A stretch of DNA of 32,000 nt from Flavobacteriaceae bacterium (GCA_965224465.1 OZ245049.1:2370001-2402000), one strand, 5' to 3'. Numbered from the stretch's first letter, positions 1 to 9,594 are shown. The notes: generated by a model from the sequence alone, not told the origin. Numbers and translations: made by a program.

Positions 1-977
1 ACAACATCCGAACAATAGATGTATCTGCAGAAAAATTAAAGGCTGTAAAATCTGGTTATGTAGGGAAATTTGTAATGGCATTGGAACGCCCTTCTACGCT
101 CGCTAGATATGCTTTAAATATAGAAACAAACAAATTACCTAGTAATTATTATAAAAACTATTTAGCCAATATCAACAAGGTAACTGTAGCGGACATTAAA
201 CGCGTTGCCCAAAAATACTTTACAACAGAAAAAGCGAGAATTGTTATTACAGGTAAAGCAATTGATGTACTACCAAATCTAGAAAAAACAGGATATACCA
301 TTCGCTATTTTGACAAGCAAGGAAACAGCACAGACAAACCTGAAATGACGAAGCCAATTCCTGCTGGAATCACAAAAAAAACTGTAATTAACAGTTATTT
401 TGATGCTATCGGAGGGAAAGATAAAGTTGCAGCTATTACGTCTACCTTGACCGTTTATGAAACTGAAATGAACGGGTCAAAAGTAAGCGTAACAGAAAAA
501 AGAACTGCAACTCACTATTTGGCAAGTACCGCAATGAATGGTGCGACTATGATGAAAGTTACTGCACATGATGGGGGTGTTTTTATGAACGGACAAGCCA
601 TGCCTTCTGAAATGGCAAATGAGCTAAAAGTACTGGGAACCTTTATAGAATTTTACTTACTAAACAACGAAAATTCTACACTAAGTGCTATTGAAATGAT
701 CGATGGAAAAGAAGCGTATGTAATTAAAACAACTGGAGAAATAGTAAACACCTCTATATATTACGATACAAAAACAGGGCTAAAATTAAAAGAAGTACAA
801 GCGATATCAATGGGAGGTCGCACACAAAATCAAGAAGCCACTTATAGCGAATACAAAACATTTAATGGAATTAAATTTGCTACTAAAAAAACAGGAAGCA
901 TGGGGCCACAAAAAATGACGTTCACTCTTTCAGAAGCAAAGATAAACGAAGGTGTATCTGACGCAGATTTTAAATAA
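1..977 (+). CDS. M16 (pitrilysin/insulinase) family peptidase, C-terminal portion; 5' end lies upstream of the window
   Basis: The frame of the 75..977 ORF is open back to nt 3 with no stop, so the first ATG at 75 is internal. The ...NYLANINKVTVADIKRVAQKYF... region resembles the non-catalytic C-terminal M16 domain. A hairpin terminator follows at 1007-1035. Confidence 0.65.
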   Translation, partial: NIRTIDVSAEKLKAVKSGYVGKFVMALERPSTLARYALNIETNKLPSNYYKNYLANINKVTVADIKRVAQKYFTTEKARIVITGKAIDVLPNLEKTGYTIRYFDKQGNSTDKPEMTKPIPAGITKKTVINSYFDAIGGKDKVAAITSTLTVYETEMNGSKVSVTEKRTATHYLASTAMNGATMMKVTAHDGGVFMNGQAMPSEMANELKVLGTFIEFYLLNNENSTLSAIEMIDGKEAYVIKTTGEIVNTSIYYDTKTGLKLKEVQAISMGGRTQNQEATYSEYKTFNGIKFATKKTGSMGPQKMTFTLSEAKINEGVSDADFK

Positions 978-1006
978 AATTTGATTCAGAAAATACATAC
1001 TATAAG

Positions 1007-1035
1007 CGCAACTATTTATTTAGTTGCGTTTTTTT
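1007..1035 (+). terminator. Rho-independent terminator after the M16 peptidase gene
   Basis: CGCAACTA (1007-1014) pairs with TAGTTGCG (1021-1028). A run of 7 T follows (1029-1035). It overlaps the stop of the convergent EamA gene. Confidence 0.65.
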
Positions 1036-1903
1036 GTTTTCCATTTACCAAATACACTCCAAACATAATCAAAACTGAAGCCGCAACCTGAACAAAATCC
1101 AACCGCTCTCCATCCCTAAGCCCCCAAGCGATAGCCACAATTGGAATTAAATAGGTTACAGAGGACGAAAATACAGGTGACGCTATTTTTACCAAATTAT
1201 TGAACAATACTTTTGCCACACACGTTCCGAGAACTGCTAAAATAGTAAGGTAAAAAAAACTAATCTTTAGGGTATCTGTATATCTATAATCCTCAAAAAA
1301 ACCAGTTAAATAAACAACCACTAATGCAGGGATAATTAACAATACAAACTGAGCCACAGTAACACTCATTGCTGACAAACCACCCAAATAACGTTTTAAA
1401 ACATTTACATTGAAAGCATATCCAATGGAAGAAACAATCACAAAAACAGCATAAAAATAATCCTGACTAGGATGTAATTCTGCACCTTTTAAAATCAAAA
1501 CTATGGTACCAACTAAACCAATTACAACGCCTAACAATTGCTTTTTTCCAAACAAAAAACCATATAACAAAGCTCCAATTAATAAGGTATTCAATGGGGT
1601 TAATGAATTTAAAATAGCCGCTACTGAGCTATCTATCTTCTGAACAGCAAAAGCAAACAAAAAAGCGGGAAAAAAAGTCCCTAAAAACGAAGTTAACACA
1701 ATATGCTTCCAATGATGTCTCTTGACATACCGAAGCTCTTTAAACCCTACAATCACCAATAGAACAGCCGCAATCAATACTCTAAAAGCACCAACCTGAA
1801 TAGGCGTAAGCCCCATTAGAGATTTTTTTATCAATATAAAAGAACTTCCCCATATTAGCGTAAGCACTATTAAATACACCCATTTCTTTTTTCTGTTATC
1901 CAT
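1016..1903 (-). CDS. EamA/DMT-superfamily transporter (about 10 TM helices)
   Basis: 295-aa highly hydrophobic ORF. Its two internally similar halves are typical of EamA-domain permeases. Confidence 0.8.
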   Translation of the reverse strand: MDNRKKKWVYLIVLTLIWGSSFILIKKSLMGLTPIQVGAFRVLIAAVLLVIVGFKELRYVKRHHWKHIVLTSFLGTFFPAFLFAFAVQKIDSSVAAILNSLTPLNTLLIGALLYGFLFGKKQLLGVVIGLVGTIVLILKGAELHPSQDYFYAVFVIVSSIGYAFNVNVLKRYLGGLSAMSVTVAQFVLLIIPALVVVYLTGFFEDYRYTDTLKISFFYLTILAVLGTCVAKVLFNNLVKIASPVFSSSVTYLIPIVAIAWGLRDGERLDFVQVAASVLIMFGVYLVNGKQKNATK

Positions 1904-1989
1904 TGTTTATTTAAAAACGCTAAATTCTACATTTTTTTTCAAACCATTCTTCTTTTTAGTACATTCGTCATTTAAAATACTATTTAACC

Positions 1990-2364
1990 ATGAAAAAAAT
2001 ACTTTATTTACTCCTAACTACTTTTTTTTTGACAATTTCATGTAATAATTCAGACAAAAAAAAGTCTTCTACAAAAAATATTTCTAGTGAGTTAGTCGTT
2101 AAAAAATTAGCATCTATAGAAACAAATATAGAAGGTATGACTTGTGAAATTGGTTGTGCTAAGATCATAGAATCTAAGATTTCAAAACTCCCAGGAGTTT
2201 CATTTTCTAAAGTCAATTTTCAATTAAAAAAAGGATACTTCACCTATAATGAAAACCTAATTTCTAAGGAAGAAATTACTGAAAAAATTAATAAGATTGC
2301 AGGAGGTAACTTATACCATGTCACCATGACAAAGGAGCTTGACACCATTATTAACAAAGAATAA
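1990..2364 (+). CDS. Heavy-metal-associated (HMA) domain lipoprotein
   Basis: Lipoprotein signal peptide ending LTISC. The GMTCEIGCA motif matches the MxCxxC metal-binding loop of HMA/CopZ-like domains. Confidence 0.8.
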   Translation: MKKILYLLLTTFFLTISCNNSDKKKSSTKNISSELVVKKLASIETNIEGMTCEIGCAKIIESKISKLPGVSFSKVNFQLKKGYFTYNENLISKEEITEKINKIAGGNLYHVTMTKELDTIINKE

Positions 2365-2466
2365 CTCCATTCAAGACACAGTAATAAAATAACATTTGTC
2401 ATTTAAAAAAGGGCTTTTATCATTTTTTAATTGTTTATTTGTCAGATAAAAATCAATCTATAAAAA

Positions 2467-2826
2467 ATGAAGTTATTTAAATCATTAGCTATCATCGCTT
2501 TAGTAAGCGTTTTAGCCATCTCATGTAAAGAAGAAGTAAAAGGAGCTGCAGATGCAGTAAAAGACGGAGTTGAAACAACTAAAGAAGTTTCAAAATCTGT
2601 AACTGAAAAAGCGACAGAAACTGCAAAAGCAACTGATGCTGCTGCACAAAAAGCTGCAACTACTACAGGAAACGCTATTGATAGTGTTGCTGCAAAAGTT
2701 AAAGACGTAACTAAAGGAGCTAAAGACGCTGCTACTACTACAGTAGACAACGTAAAAGATGCTGCAAAAAAAACAACTGAAGATGTTAAAAAGGGATTGA
2801 ATACAATCAAGAAATCCGTTAACTAA
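2467..2826 (+). CDS. Small low-complexity lipoprotein (Ala/Thr/Lys/Asp/Val-rich, amphipathic-repeat-like)
   Basis: Signal peptide plus lipobox (LAISC). The rest is repetitive KDxxxxT/AAKxxT-type sequence. The long antisense ORFs here are by-products of this composition. A terminator lies at 2848-2875. Confidence 0.6.
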   Translation: MKLFKSLAIIALVSVLAISCKEEVKGAADAVKDGVETTKEVSKSVTEKATETAKATDAAAQKAATTTGNAIDSVAAKVKDVTKGAKDAATTTVDNVKDAAKKTTEDVKKGLNTIKKSVN

Positions 2827-2847
2827 ACATTTCTCAAAAATTTTCAG

Positions 2848-2875
2848 AAACTCTAACTTCGGTTGGAGTTTTTTT
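2848..2875. terminator. Hairpin terminator between convergent genes (UUCG-type loop)
   Basis: AAACTCTAAC (2848-2857) pairs with GTTGGAGTTT (2862-2871) across a TTCG loop, with one G-T wobble. T-run to 2875. It abuts the ctaA stop. Confidence 0.7.
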
Positions 2876-3920
2876 ATGTCTTTTTTTGACAACTATACTG
2901 ATAAAACAACAAGCTAATAAAAAACAATAACCCTACCAATTGATGCATCACTCCATACACTAATGGAATTTTACCCTGAACATTTAACACCGTTAGAACT
3001 CCCAAGCCAAGTTGTATAATCACCAATAATAAAGTTGTTTTCAACCAATTTAAAGACCTATTTTTCCTCATTTTAAATTGCTTTACAAATACAAAAACAA
3101 CCATTACTACAAGAATATAAGCCAATATCCGATGCACAAATTGAACCAGTGCTGGAGCAAAAACATCGGAATCATAATGTGTCATATTTAACCAATTCCA
3201 ATTATCTATAGACAACAGCACCTCTGGTATAAACGCACCATTCATAGAGGGCCAAGAAGGGTAATATAGCCCAGCTTTCATCCCTGCCATCAGACCTGCC
3301 ACTTGCATTTGTAATACCGTCAATCCTAAAACCCACTTTATAAGTTTGTTTCCCTGGCTTTCAAATACCCCATAATTATAGGCATAAGCAATTGTTTTTA
3401 CCATGGCCCAAATCACAAAAATGGCGAGGATAAAATGAACTGCTAATTTATATGCATTTACCCAAGGTCTGTCTACCAAACCACTCTTCACCATAATCCA
3501 CCCAGCAGATGCAGTAAGCATTGTCAAAACCACCACAACTAACAATAGTTTTACAAGCTTTGCGTCAATTTTTTTTCTCCCTAAAAAAATAAGAAATGGG
3601 ACTAGAAAAATAAGTCCTAAAGAGCGCACCCATAATCTATGAAAATACTCCCAAAAATAAATAAATTTAAAATCGGACAGCGTAAAAGAAGTATTGATCT
3701 TTAAAAACTGAGGTGTTTGTTTATACAATGCAAAGGAGGCTTCCCATTCCAACCTATTTAATGGAGGCAATACTCCACTAATTATATCCCATCTAGTAAT
3801 AGAGAGCCCCGAGCCCGTTAAGCGCGTTATACCTCCTAAAACCACTTGACCTATAAGCATTATTAAGCCTAACAATAGCCAACAACGCACTGTTTTAGAA
3901 TACCTGTAATCCTGTGTCAT
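2874..3920 (-). CDS. ctaA: Heme A synthase, COX15/CtaA family
   Basis: 348-aa polytopic membrane protein with conserved His residues in TM segments (HFILA, HRILAY, HQLVG), as in COX15/CtaA. Confidence 0.8.
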   Translation of the reverse strand: MTQDYRYSKTVRCWLLLGLIMLIGQVVLGGITRLTGSGLSITRWDIISGVLPPLNRLEWEASFALYKQTPQFLKINTSFTLSDFKFIYFWEYFHRLWVRSLGLIFLVPFLIFLGRKKIDAKLVKLLLVVVVLTMLTASAGWIMVKSGLVDRPWVNAYKLAVHFILAIFVIWAMVKTIAYAYNYGVFESQGNKLIKWVLGLTVLQMQVAGLMAGMKAGLYYPSWPSMNGAFIPEVLLSIDNWNWLNMTHYDSDVFAPALVQFVHRILAYILVVMVVFVFVKQFKMRKNRSLNWLKTTLLLVIIQLGLGVLTVLNVQGKIPLVYGVMHQLVGLLFFISLLFYQYSCQKKT

Positions 3921-3924
3921 AAAA

Positions 3925-4497
3925 TTATTTCCAATACGTAGTTTCCATTAAGTGTAATATATCCTTTTCTATATATCTAACTGCGGGTAAAATAGAATCG
4001 TAATTGGGTCTCACTTTAAAATATAAGGCACCCGACACAACGTGATTTACACTATCTGTTAGTTGAAATTGAACATTTGAGGCCACATTACCTTCCACTT
4101 GATACAAACGTCCATACACTTTAGTTTTCTTATTCACAAAATCTTTCCCTGGGCTTATTTTATCTGCCTTGACGGCGTGCTCATAGGTTAATTTTTCAAC
4201 CTCTCTAAGAATTTCTTCAAGATTCCCATCTACTTTTCTATACGTTATATGTATTGTAGCTTTTAATTTAGGGTAGTGAATCTTTAACCAACATTTATCT
4301 TTATCAAAACTAGCAAATGCTTGATCAGAAATTTCAAAAGAATACTTGCAAGGAGAATCCATTTTTTCATACCTAGCTACTGGATACGTCAAACGTAAAT
4401 ACGAAATAGGTTTAGGCTGTGTTTCAGAAGTACATGATACCCCTAAAAATAAATACCCAAGAGCGCTAACAATACACCATTTTTTACTTCCGAACAT
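3925..4497 (-). CDS. gldD: Gliding motility lipoprotein GldD
   Basis: 190-aa lipoprotein (LGVSC lipobox). Its start abuts the stop of the upstream CBS-domain gene. Size and the gldE-gldD arrangement match Flavobacterium johnsoniae. Confidence 0.75.
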   Translation of the reverse strand: MFGSKKWCIVSALGYLFLGVSCTSETQPKPISYLRLTYPVARYEKMDSPCKYSFEISDQAFASFDKDKCWLKIHYPKLKATIHITYRKVDGNLEEILREVEKLTYEHAVKADKISPGKDFVNKKTKVYGRLYQVEGNVASNVQFQLTDSVNHVVSGALYFKVRPNYDSILPAVRYIEKDILHLMETTYWK

Positions 4498-5805
4498 CTA
4501 TCTAGAAATTGTAATTTTTACTTGTTTAATTCTTCTCTTATCCATCGCTTCAATCACAAACGTACAGTTTTTAAAAAACAATTGATCATTATTCTTAGGA
4601 AACTTACCTGATATTTCTAAAATAAAACCAGCAATAGTCTCTGACTCACCTTTTTCTTTTTCAAAATCATCAATATTTTCTAAGGACACAATTTTATAAA
4701 AATCTTTAAGCGCTGTCTTCCCTTCAAACACATAATTATTAACATCAATCTTTGAATAGAACAAATCATCATCATCAAATTCATCACTAATATCTCCTAC
4801 TATTTCCTCTATAACATCCTCCAATGTAACAATTCCACTAGTACCTCCATATTCATCTACAACTACCGCTAAATGGATTTTCAAACTTTGAAACTCACTC
4901 AATAAATCATCTAATTTTTTATTCTCTGGAACAAAATAAGGACTCCGAATTAACGCTTTCCATTGAAACTCTTTTTTATCGATGTGAGGTAATAAATCTT
5001 TCGTGTACAATACTCCCACGATATTATCTATAGATTCGCTATAAACAGGATTTCGAGAAAATCCATTTTTTATAATTTTCTTTAGAACTTTGACGTAGGG
5101 TTCTTCTATTGACAATGCGAAAATATCAATTCTTGGTGTCATAATTTGATTGGTTTCTGTAGCGCCAAAACTAACGATACCTTCTAAAATTTTCTTTTCT
5201 CCTTCCGAGGTGGCATCGGTTGCTGTAAGTTCTAATGCTTGAGACAGGCTTTCTATAGAAATATTTGTTTCTTTTTTAGACAATCTTCTTTCTACAAGGG
5301 ACGTCAATCCAATCATAGGAACACTAAAAAATGACAAAAGACTAGCTAAAACCCTAACAGGAATAGCCATAAACGAAGCAAATTTTAATGCATTTCTAGT
5401 GGCATACACCTTTGGAAGAACTTCTCCAAAAAGCACAATCAAAAACGTTACTAACACGACTTCAATTGCAAACTTAAGCTTCTCAGAATCGATAGAGACC
5501 AAAAATATATCTCCTAAATAAGCAAAAATCAGTACTACTAAAATATTGATAAAATTATTAGTGATAAGAATAGTCGCCAGTAATTTTTTAGGATTCTCCA
5601 GCAATTGCGCCACTGTATTTTGTTTTTTAGACGTATGTTCAGAAGCCTCTTGAATCATTAATTTTGACATCGAAAAAAAAGCTACTTCTGCACCGGAAAT
5701 CAGTGCGGAACAAATCAATAAAACAACTAACGCAATACAATTTATAAAAACCAAACCATCTAGGTCAGATAAAAAAGAGTTTATTAATATGGGTTCAGGA
5801 TCCAA
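4498..5805 (-). CDS. gldE: Gliding motility protein GldE (DUF21/CNNM TM domain + CBS pair + CorC/HlyC C-terminal domain)
   Basis: 435 aa with an N-terminal 4-TM domain, a CBS region and a CorC-like C-terminus. It lies directly upstream of gldD. Confidence 0.8.
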   Translation of the reverse strand: MDPEPILINSFLSDLDGLVFINCIALVVLLICSALISGAEVAFFSMSKLMIQEASEHTSKKQNTVAQLLENPKKLLATILITNNFINILVVLIFAYLGDIFLVSIDSEKLKFAIEVVLVTFLIVLFGEVLPKVYATRNALKFASFMAIPVRVLASLLSFFSVPMIGLTSLVERRLSKKETNISIESLSQALELTATDATSEGEKKILEGIVSFGATETNQIMTPRIDIFALSIEEPYVKVLKKIIKNGFSRNPVYSESIDNIVGVLYTKDLLPHIDKKEFQWKALIRSPYFVPENKKLDDLLSEFQSLKIHLAVVVDEYGGTSGIVTLEDVIEEIVGDISDEFDDDDLFYSKIDVNNYVFEGKTALKDFYKIVSLENIDDFEKEKGESETIAGFILEISGKFPKNNDQLFFKNCTFVIEAMDKRRIKQVKITISR

Positions 5806-5827
5806 ATAAAATTTATTTAAAGTTTAT

Positions 5828-6271
5828 CTAAAATGGTAAATCGTCTACATCTTCTGTACTCGTAGGCATCGAGGATGTAGGAGCTACTGGATTAGGAATT
5901 GGTTTATTATCTACAGAAGTAGGTACAACAGTCTCTTTTTTTGTACTCAAAAAGGTCATTTCTATCACCTGAATCTCTGTTATGTATCTGGTTGTTCCTT
6001 CTTGATCCCATTGGCGTGTTTTAATGCGACCTTCGCAATATACTTTATCGCCTTTACTCAAGTATTTTTCACAAATTTCAGCCAATTTATTTCGAACCAC
6101 AATATTATGCCATTCTGTATTTGTAATACGTTCACCGGTTTGTTTATTAGTATATGTTTCATTGGTAGCCAAAGAAAAACGACCTATAGAATTACCCCCT
6201 TCAAAATAATGCATTTTCACATCATCTCCAAGATGACCGATAAGAATCACTTTATTTATTGTCCCTGCCAT
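5828..6271 (-). CDS. ssb: Single-stranded DNA-binding protein
   Basis: OB-fold N-terminus MAGTINKVILIGHLG... and an acidic tail ending DDLPF. I prefer the ATG at 6271 (MAGTINK) over the 8-codon-longer ORF start at 6295. Confidence 0.9.
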   Translation of the reverse strand: MAGTINKVILIGHLGDDVKMHYFEGGNSIGRFSLATNETYTNKQTGERITNTEWHNIVVRNKLAEICEKYLSKGDKVYCEGRIKTRQWDQEGTTRYITEIQVIEMTFLSTKKETVVPTSVDNKPIPNPVAPTSSMPTSTEDVDDLPF

Positions 6272-6307
6272 AATGTATGCATCAATTTTAATCAAATATA
6301 CAAAAAA

Positions 6308-7345
6308 TTACGATGCTAGGTATCTATTTAAAAAATTATGGATCAATATTGGCACAGGATAGTCAAACACATCTTCCCAAGAAGTAGTAAAACTAGGGGT
6401 ACGCTTTATTTGTACAATCCAAAATTTCGTATGAATATGCTGATGTGATAGTTTATGGATAATGGGCTTGGGGTTGAACAATTTTAATGTCGAATTCCCT
6501 TTTACAACGGCATTAAACGCCACCGTATCAACCAATTCTTTTTCGTCCAATTCAATCGTACTTTCCACACAAGGAAACTCATATAAACCTTCCCATATTC
6601 CTTTTCCTTTTCGCTGGTTTAACTGTGTAAATCCATCAGCCTGAACTACCAGGTAATTAAAATATCGCTTCCTAACTTTTACTTTTTTCAGTTTCACGGG
6701 TAAAACAGACACTCTATTTTCAGCAAAGGCTACACACTTGTGACTTGCAGGACAATCCATACAATTAGGACTTTGAGGCTTGCATTGCACAGCTCCAAAC
6801 TCCATCATGGCTTGATTGTGTTCTCCTGGCCGCTTCAAATCCAATAATTCCTGAGCTAGCAATTTAAATTCTTTAATTCCAGCAGTACTATTTATGGGGG
6901 TATCGATGCCGAAAATCCGACTTAAAACACGATATACATTCCCGTCTACCACGGCAGTTGGAGCATTAAAACAAATAGAAGCAACTGCAGAAGCTGTATA
7001 ATCGCCTACCCCTTTTAATTCTAATAATTTTTTATAGGTATTTGGAAACTCTCCCCCCAACTGATTCATGATGTATTGGGCACTAAAATGCAAATTTCTA
7101 GCCCTTGAATAATAGCCCAAACCTTGCCACAATTTCAAGACCTTAGATTCATCACTATTTGCAAGGTCTTCCACCCTTGGAAAGTTCTCTACAAAAGCCA
7201 AATAATAGGCCATTCCTTGGTCCACACGCGTCTGTTGTAAAATGATTTCGGAAAGCCAAATATAATAGGGATTTGAAGTCTTGCGCCACGGTAACTCCCT
7301 TTTATTCAGTAAGTACCACTGCGTTAATACGTTAGTAAGCCACAT
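6308..7345 (-). CDS. mutY: A/G-specific adenine DNA glycosylase MutY
   Basis: HhH-GPD region (LKGVGDYTA), a 4-Cys Fe-S cluster loop (CKPQSPNCMDCPASHKC) and a NUDIX-like C-terminal domain. Confidence 0.9.
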   Translation of the reverse strand: MWLTNVLTQWYLLNKRELPWRKTSNPYYIWLSEIILQQTRVDQGMAYYLAFVENFPRVEDLANSDESKVLKLWQGLGYYSRARNLHFSAQYIMNQLGGEFPNTYKKLLELKGVGDYTASAVASICFNAPTAVVDGNVYRVLSRIFGIDTPINSTAGIKEFKLLAQELLDLKRPGEHNQAMMEFGAVQCKPQSPNCMDCPASHKCVAFAENRVSVLPVKLKKVKVRKRYFNYLVVQADGFTQLNQRKGKGIWEGLYEFPCVESTIELDEKELVDTVAFNAVVKGNSTLKLFNPKPIIHKLSHQHIHTKFWIVQIKRTPSFTTSWEDVFDYPVPILIHNFLNRYLAS

Positions 7346-7427
7346 GTAATTCGATATATTTGCAATAATACACTTTTTATTTCATTAATTTTTAGCAAAT
7401 TAACTTTTACGAATTGATTTAATATCA

Positions 7428-7435
7428 TATCTTTG
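7428..7435 (+). promoter_or_regulatory. Candidate Bacteroidetes -7 promoter box (TATCTTTG) for the HU gene
   Basis: Exact match to TAnnTTTG, 41 nt upstream of the ATG at 7476. No clean -33 TTTG was seen. Confidence 0.4.
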
Positions 7436-7475
7436 CGCTCTCAAAAATATTATTAATATATAATTATATCAAAAA

Positions 7476-7766
7476 ATGACGAAAGCAGATATCGTATCGA
7501 AAATTGCAGAGAAGTCTGGGATAGAAAAGGCAGATGTTTTAGCAACAGTTGAAGCGTTTATGAATGAAGTAAAGGAATCTTTGGAAAATGGTGACAACGT
7601 TTACTTAAGAGGATTTGGTAGTTTTATTATTAAAAAAAGAGCCGAAAAAACAGGAAGAAACATTTCAAAAAACACAACTATCAAGATTCCTGCACACAAT
7701 ATACCTGCTTTTAAGCCTTCAAAAGTATTCTCTGAAGGGGTAAAGAGTAAAGTTGCAGTAAAATAG
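7476..7766 (+). CDS. HU/IHF family DNA-binding protein
   Basis: 96 aa. The sequence ...YLRGFGSFIIKKRAEKTGRNISKNTTIKIPAHNIPAFKPSK... shows the typical HU beta-arm. Confidence 0.9.
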   Translation: MTKADIVSKIAEKSGIEKADVLATVEAFMNEVKESLENGDNVYLRGFGSFIIKKRAEKTGRNISKNTTIKIPAHNIPAFKPSKVFSEGVKSKVAVK

Positions 7767-7799
7767 TTAACAGATTTATTAATTTAAAATATTTTCATT

Positions 7800-7889
7800 A
7801 TGCCAAGTGGTAAGAAAAGAAAGAGAACAAAGATCTCTACACACAAACGTAAGAAGAGACGTAGACAAAATAGACATAAGAAAAAGTAA
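7800..7889 (+). CDS. Unlisted 29-aa extremely basic peptide MPSGKKRKRTKISTHKRKKRRRQNRHKKK (possible bS22-like tiny ribosomal protein)
   Basis: An ATG lies 34 nt after the HU stop, and a TAA stop is embedded in a perfect terminator hairpin. 19 of 29 residues are K/R (20 of 29 if H26 is also counted). It is too short for the supplied ORF track. Confidence 0.5.
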   Translation: MPSGKKRKRTKISTHKRKKRRRQNRHKKK

Positions 7890-7905
7890 GCTTAGCTTAC
7901 TTTTT
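7881..7905 (+). terminator. Rho-independent terminator of the HU/small-peptide unit
   Basis: AAAAAGTAAGC (7881-7891), loop TTA, then GCTTACTTTTT (7895-7905). The stem is a perfect 11 bp including the A/T runs. Confidence 0.75.
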
Positions 7906-7990
7906 CTTTTCGTTTATCGATCATTGAAATAGAAATTTATTCGTAAATTTCAATAGGGATTAAACCCCCTGTGAACTTAACATAACCAGT

Positions 7991-9574
7991 ATGTATAAAT
8001 ATACTATACATACACAAAAACAATACAGAGTGAAATCAGAATTAGTTATAAGATCGAACAGCTCTGGTATTGATTTTGCCTTATTAAAAGATGGCAGGCT
8101 GATAGCGTTAAACAAAGAATCATCTGGCAACAAATTTTCTGTTGGAGATATTTTTTTAGCAAAAACCGGGAAAGTTTTAACTGGATTAAACGCATCGTTT
8201 GTAAATGTTGGATATGAAAAAGATGGTTTTTTACACTATCATGATCTAGGAGCCCAACTTGTATCTTTACAGAAGTATATAAATAGAGTAAGCACAGGTA
8301 AATTAAAAGAATTCAATTTAAGTAATTTCCATTTAGAAAAAGATATTGACAAAAATGGAAGCATTAAAGACGTACTAAAATCAGGACAAAATTTATTAGT
8401 ACAAATAGTAAAAGAACCAATTTCTACTAAGGGACCCCGAATGAGTTCGGAATTGTCTATCGCAGGTAGATATTTAGTTTTAGTCCCTTTTTCTGACCGA
8501 GTTTCTGTATCGCAAAAAATACTAGACACAAAGGAAAAAGAACGACTGAAGCGATTGGTAAAAAGCATTAAACCAAAAGGATTTGGGGTAATTATTAGAA
8601 CAGTTGCAGAACATAAAAAAGTAGCTGATCTAGACAAAGATTTAGAATCATCATTAGAACGATGGGTAGCCATGAGCAGAAAGATTAAAGAAGCTCAATC
8701 ACAAAAAGGTCCTGTAAAGGTCTTAAGTGAACTTAACAGAGCATCCTCTATCTTAAGAGATATTTTTAATGATTCTTTTTCAGCAATCACCACCAATGAC
8801 AAATCATTGTTTAACGAAATTAAACAATACTTACAGGAAATTGCTCCTGACAAAGAAAAGATTGTGAAATTATACAAAAACGAAACTCCAATCTTCGAAA
8901 AGTTTGGTATAGAACGCCAAATTAAAACTTCGTTCGGTAAAACTGTTTCGATGAGCAAAGGTGCCTATTTAGTCATAGAGCATACAGAAGCATTACATGT
9001 TATAGATGTAAATAGCGGAAATCGATCTAATAAATCGTCTTCACAAGCTAATACAGCATATGAAGTAAATATGATTGCAGCTACAGAAATTGCTAGACAA
9101 TTACGTTTACGCGACATGGGAGGCATCATAGTAGTCGATTTTATTGACATGCACACTGCAGATCATCGTCACAAGTTATTTGAACATTTAAAGGAGGAAA
9201 TGTCTGACGACAGAACAAAACACAAAATTTTACCTCCAAGTAAATTTGGTCTTGTACAAATTACAAGACAACGGGTAAGACCCGAATTAGTGATTAAAAC
9301 TAAAGAACCAAACCCCAACACAGGTGGAGAGGTAGAAGCTCCGATAGTTCAAATTGAAAAACTTGAATTGGAATTGGATCGATTAATGTCAAAAAATCGA
9401 AGTAATGTGAAGTTAAACGTACATCCGTTTATTGCATCATATTTAACCAAAGGACTCCTATCTACACAAGTAAGATGGTTTTTTAAATACAAAAAATGGA
9501 TTACAATTATACCTAGAGACGCTTATCAATATTTATATTTCCGTTTTTATTACAACGGAACTAAAAAACAATAA
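7991..9574 (+). CDS. rng: Ribonuclease E/G family endoribonuclease
   Basis: S1-like N-terminus and a catalytic region ...ALHVIDVNSG...GGIIVVDFIDM.... The true start may be the GTG at 8030 (VKSELVIRS) rather than the ATG at 7991. Confidence 0.85.
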   Translation: MYKYTIHTQKQYRVKSELVIRSNSSGIDFALLKDGRLIALNKESSGNKFSVGDIFLAKTGKVLTGLNASFVNVGYEKDGFLHYHDLGAQLVSLQKYINRVSTGKLKEFNLSNFHLEKDIDKNGSIKDVLKSGQNLLVQIVKEPISTKGPRMSSELSIAGRYLVLVPFSDRVSVSQKILDTKEKERLKRLVKSIKPKGFGVIIRTVAEHKKVADLDKDLESSLERWVAMSRKIKEAQSQKGPVKVLSELNRASSILRDIFNDSFSAITTNDKSLFNEIKQYLQEIAPDKEKIVKLYKNETPIFEKFGIERQIKTSFGKTVSMSKGAYLVIEHTEALHVIDVNSGNRSNKSSSQANTAYEVNMIAATEIARQLRLRDMGGIIVVDFIDMHTADHRHKLFEHLKEEMSDDRTKHKILPPSKFGLVQITRQRVRPELVIKTKEPNPNTGGEVEAPIVQIEKLELELDRLMSKNRSNVKLNVHPFIASYLTKGLLSTQVRWFFKYKKWITIIPRDAYQYLYFRFYYNGTKKQ

Positions 9575-9594
9575 AGGCTTACAATATCATAAAT

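Noticed and set aside
2442-2892. Two long antisense ORFs (122 and 100 aa) overlap the small lipoprotein gene.
   Set aside because: They are composition artefacts of the repetitive GCN/ACN/AAR-rich sense gene. They have no signal or start context, and they overlap each other and the ctaA 3' end.
8239-9156. Antisense or off-frame ORFs of 60-144 aa lie inside rng, ileS, the patatin gene, mutY, ssb, acr3/arsP, TlpA and others (for example 8239..8673, 27939..28124, 29256..29513, 24227..24508).
   Set aside because: Each lies wholly within a well-supported longer gene on the other strand or frame, and each has compositionally odd sequence (Ser/Phe/Cys/Ile-rich). Nothing suggests genuine overlapping genes.
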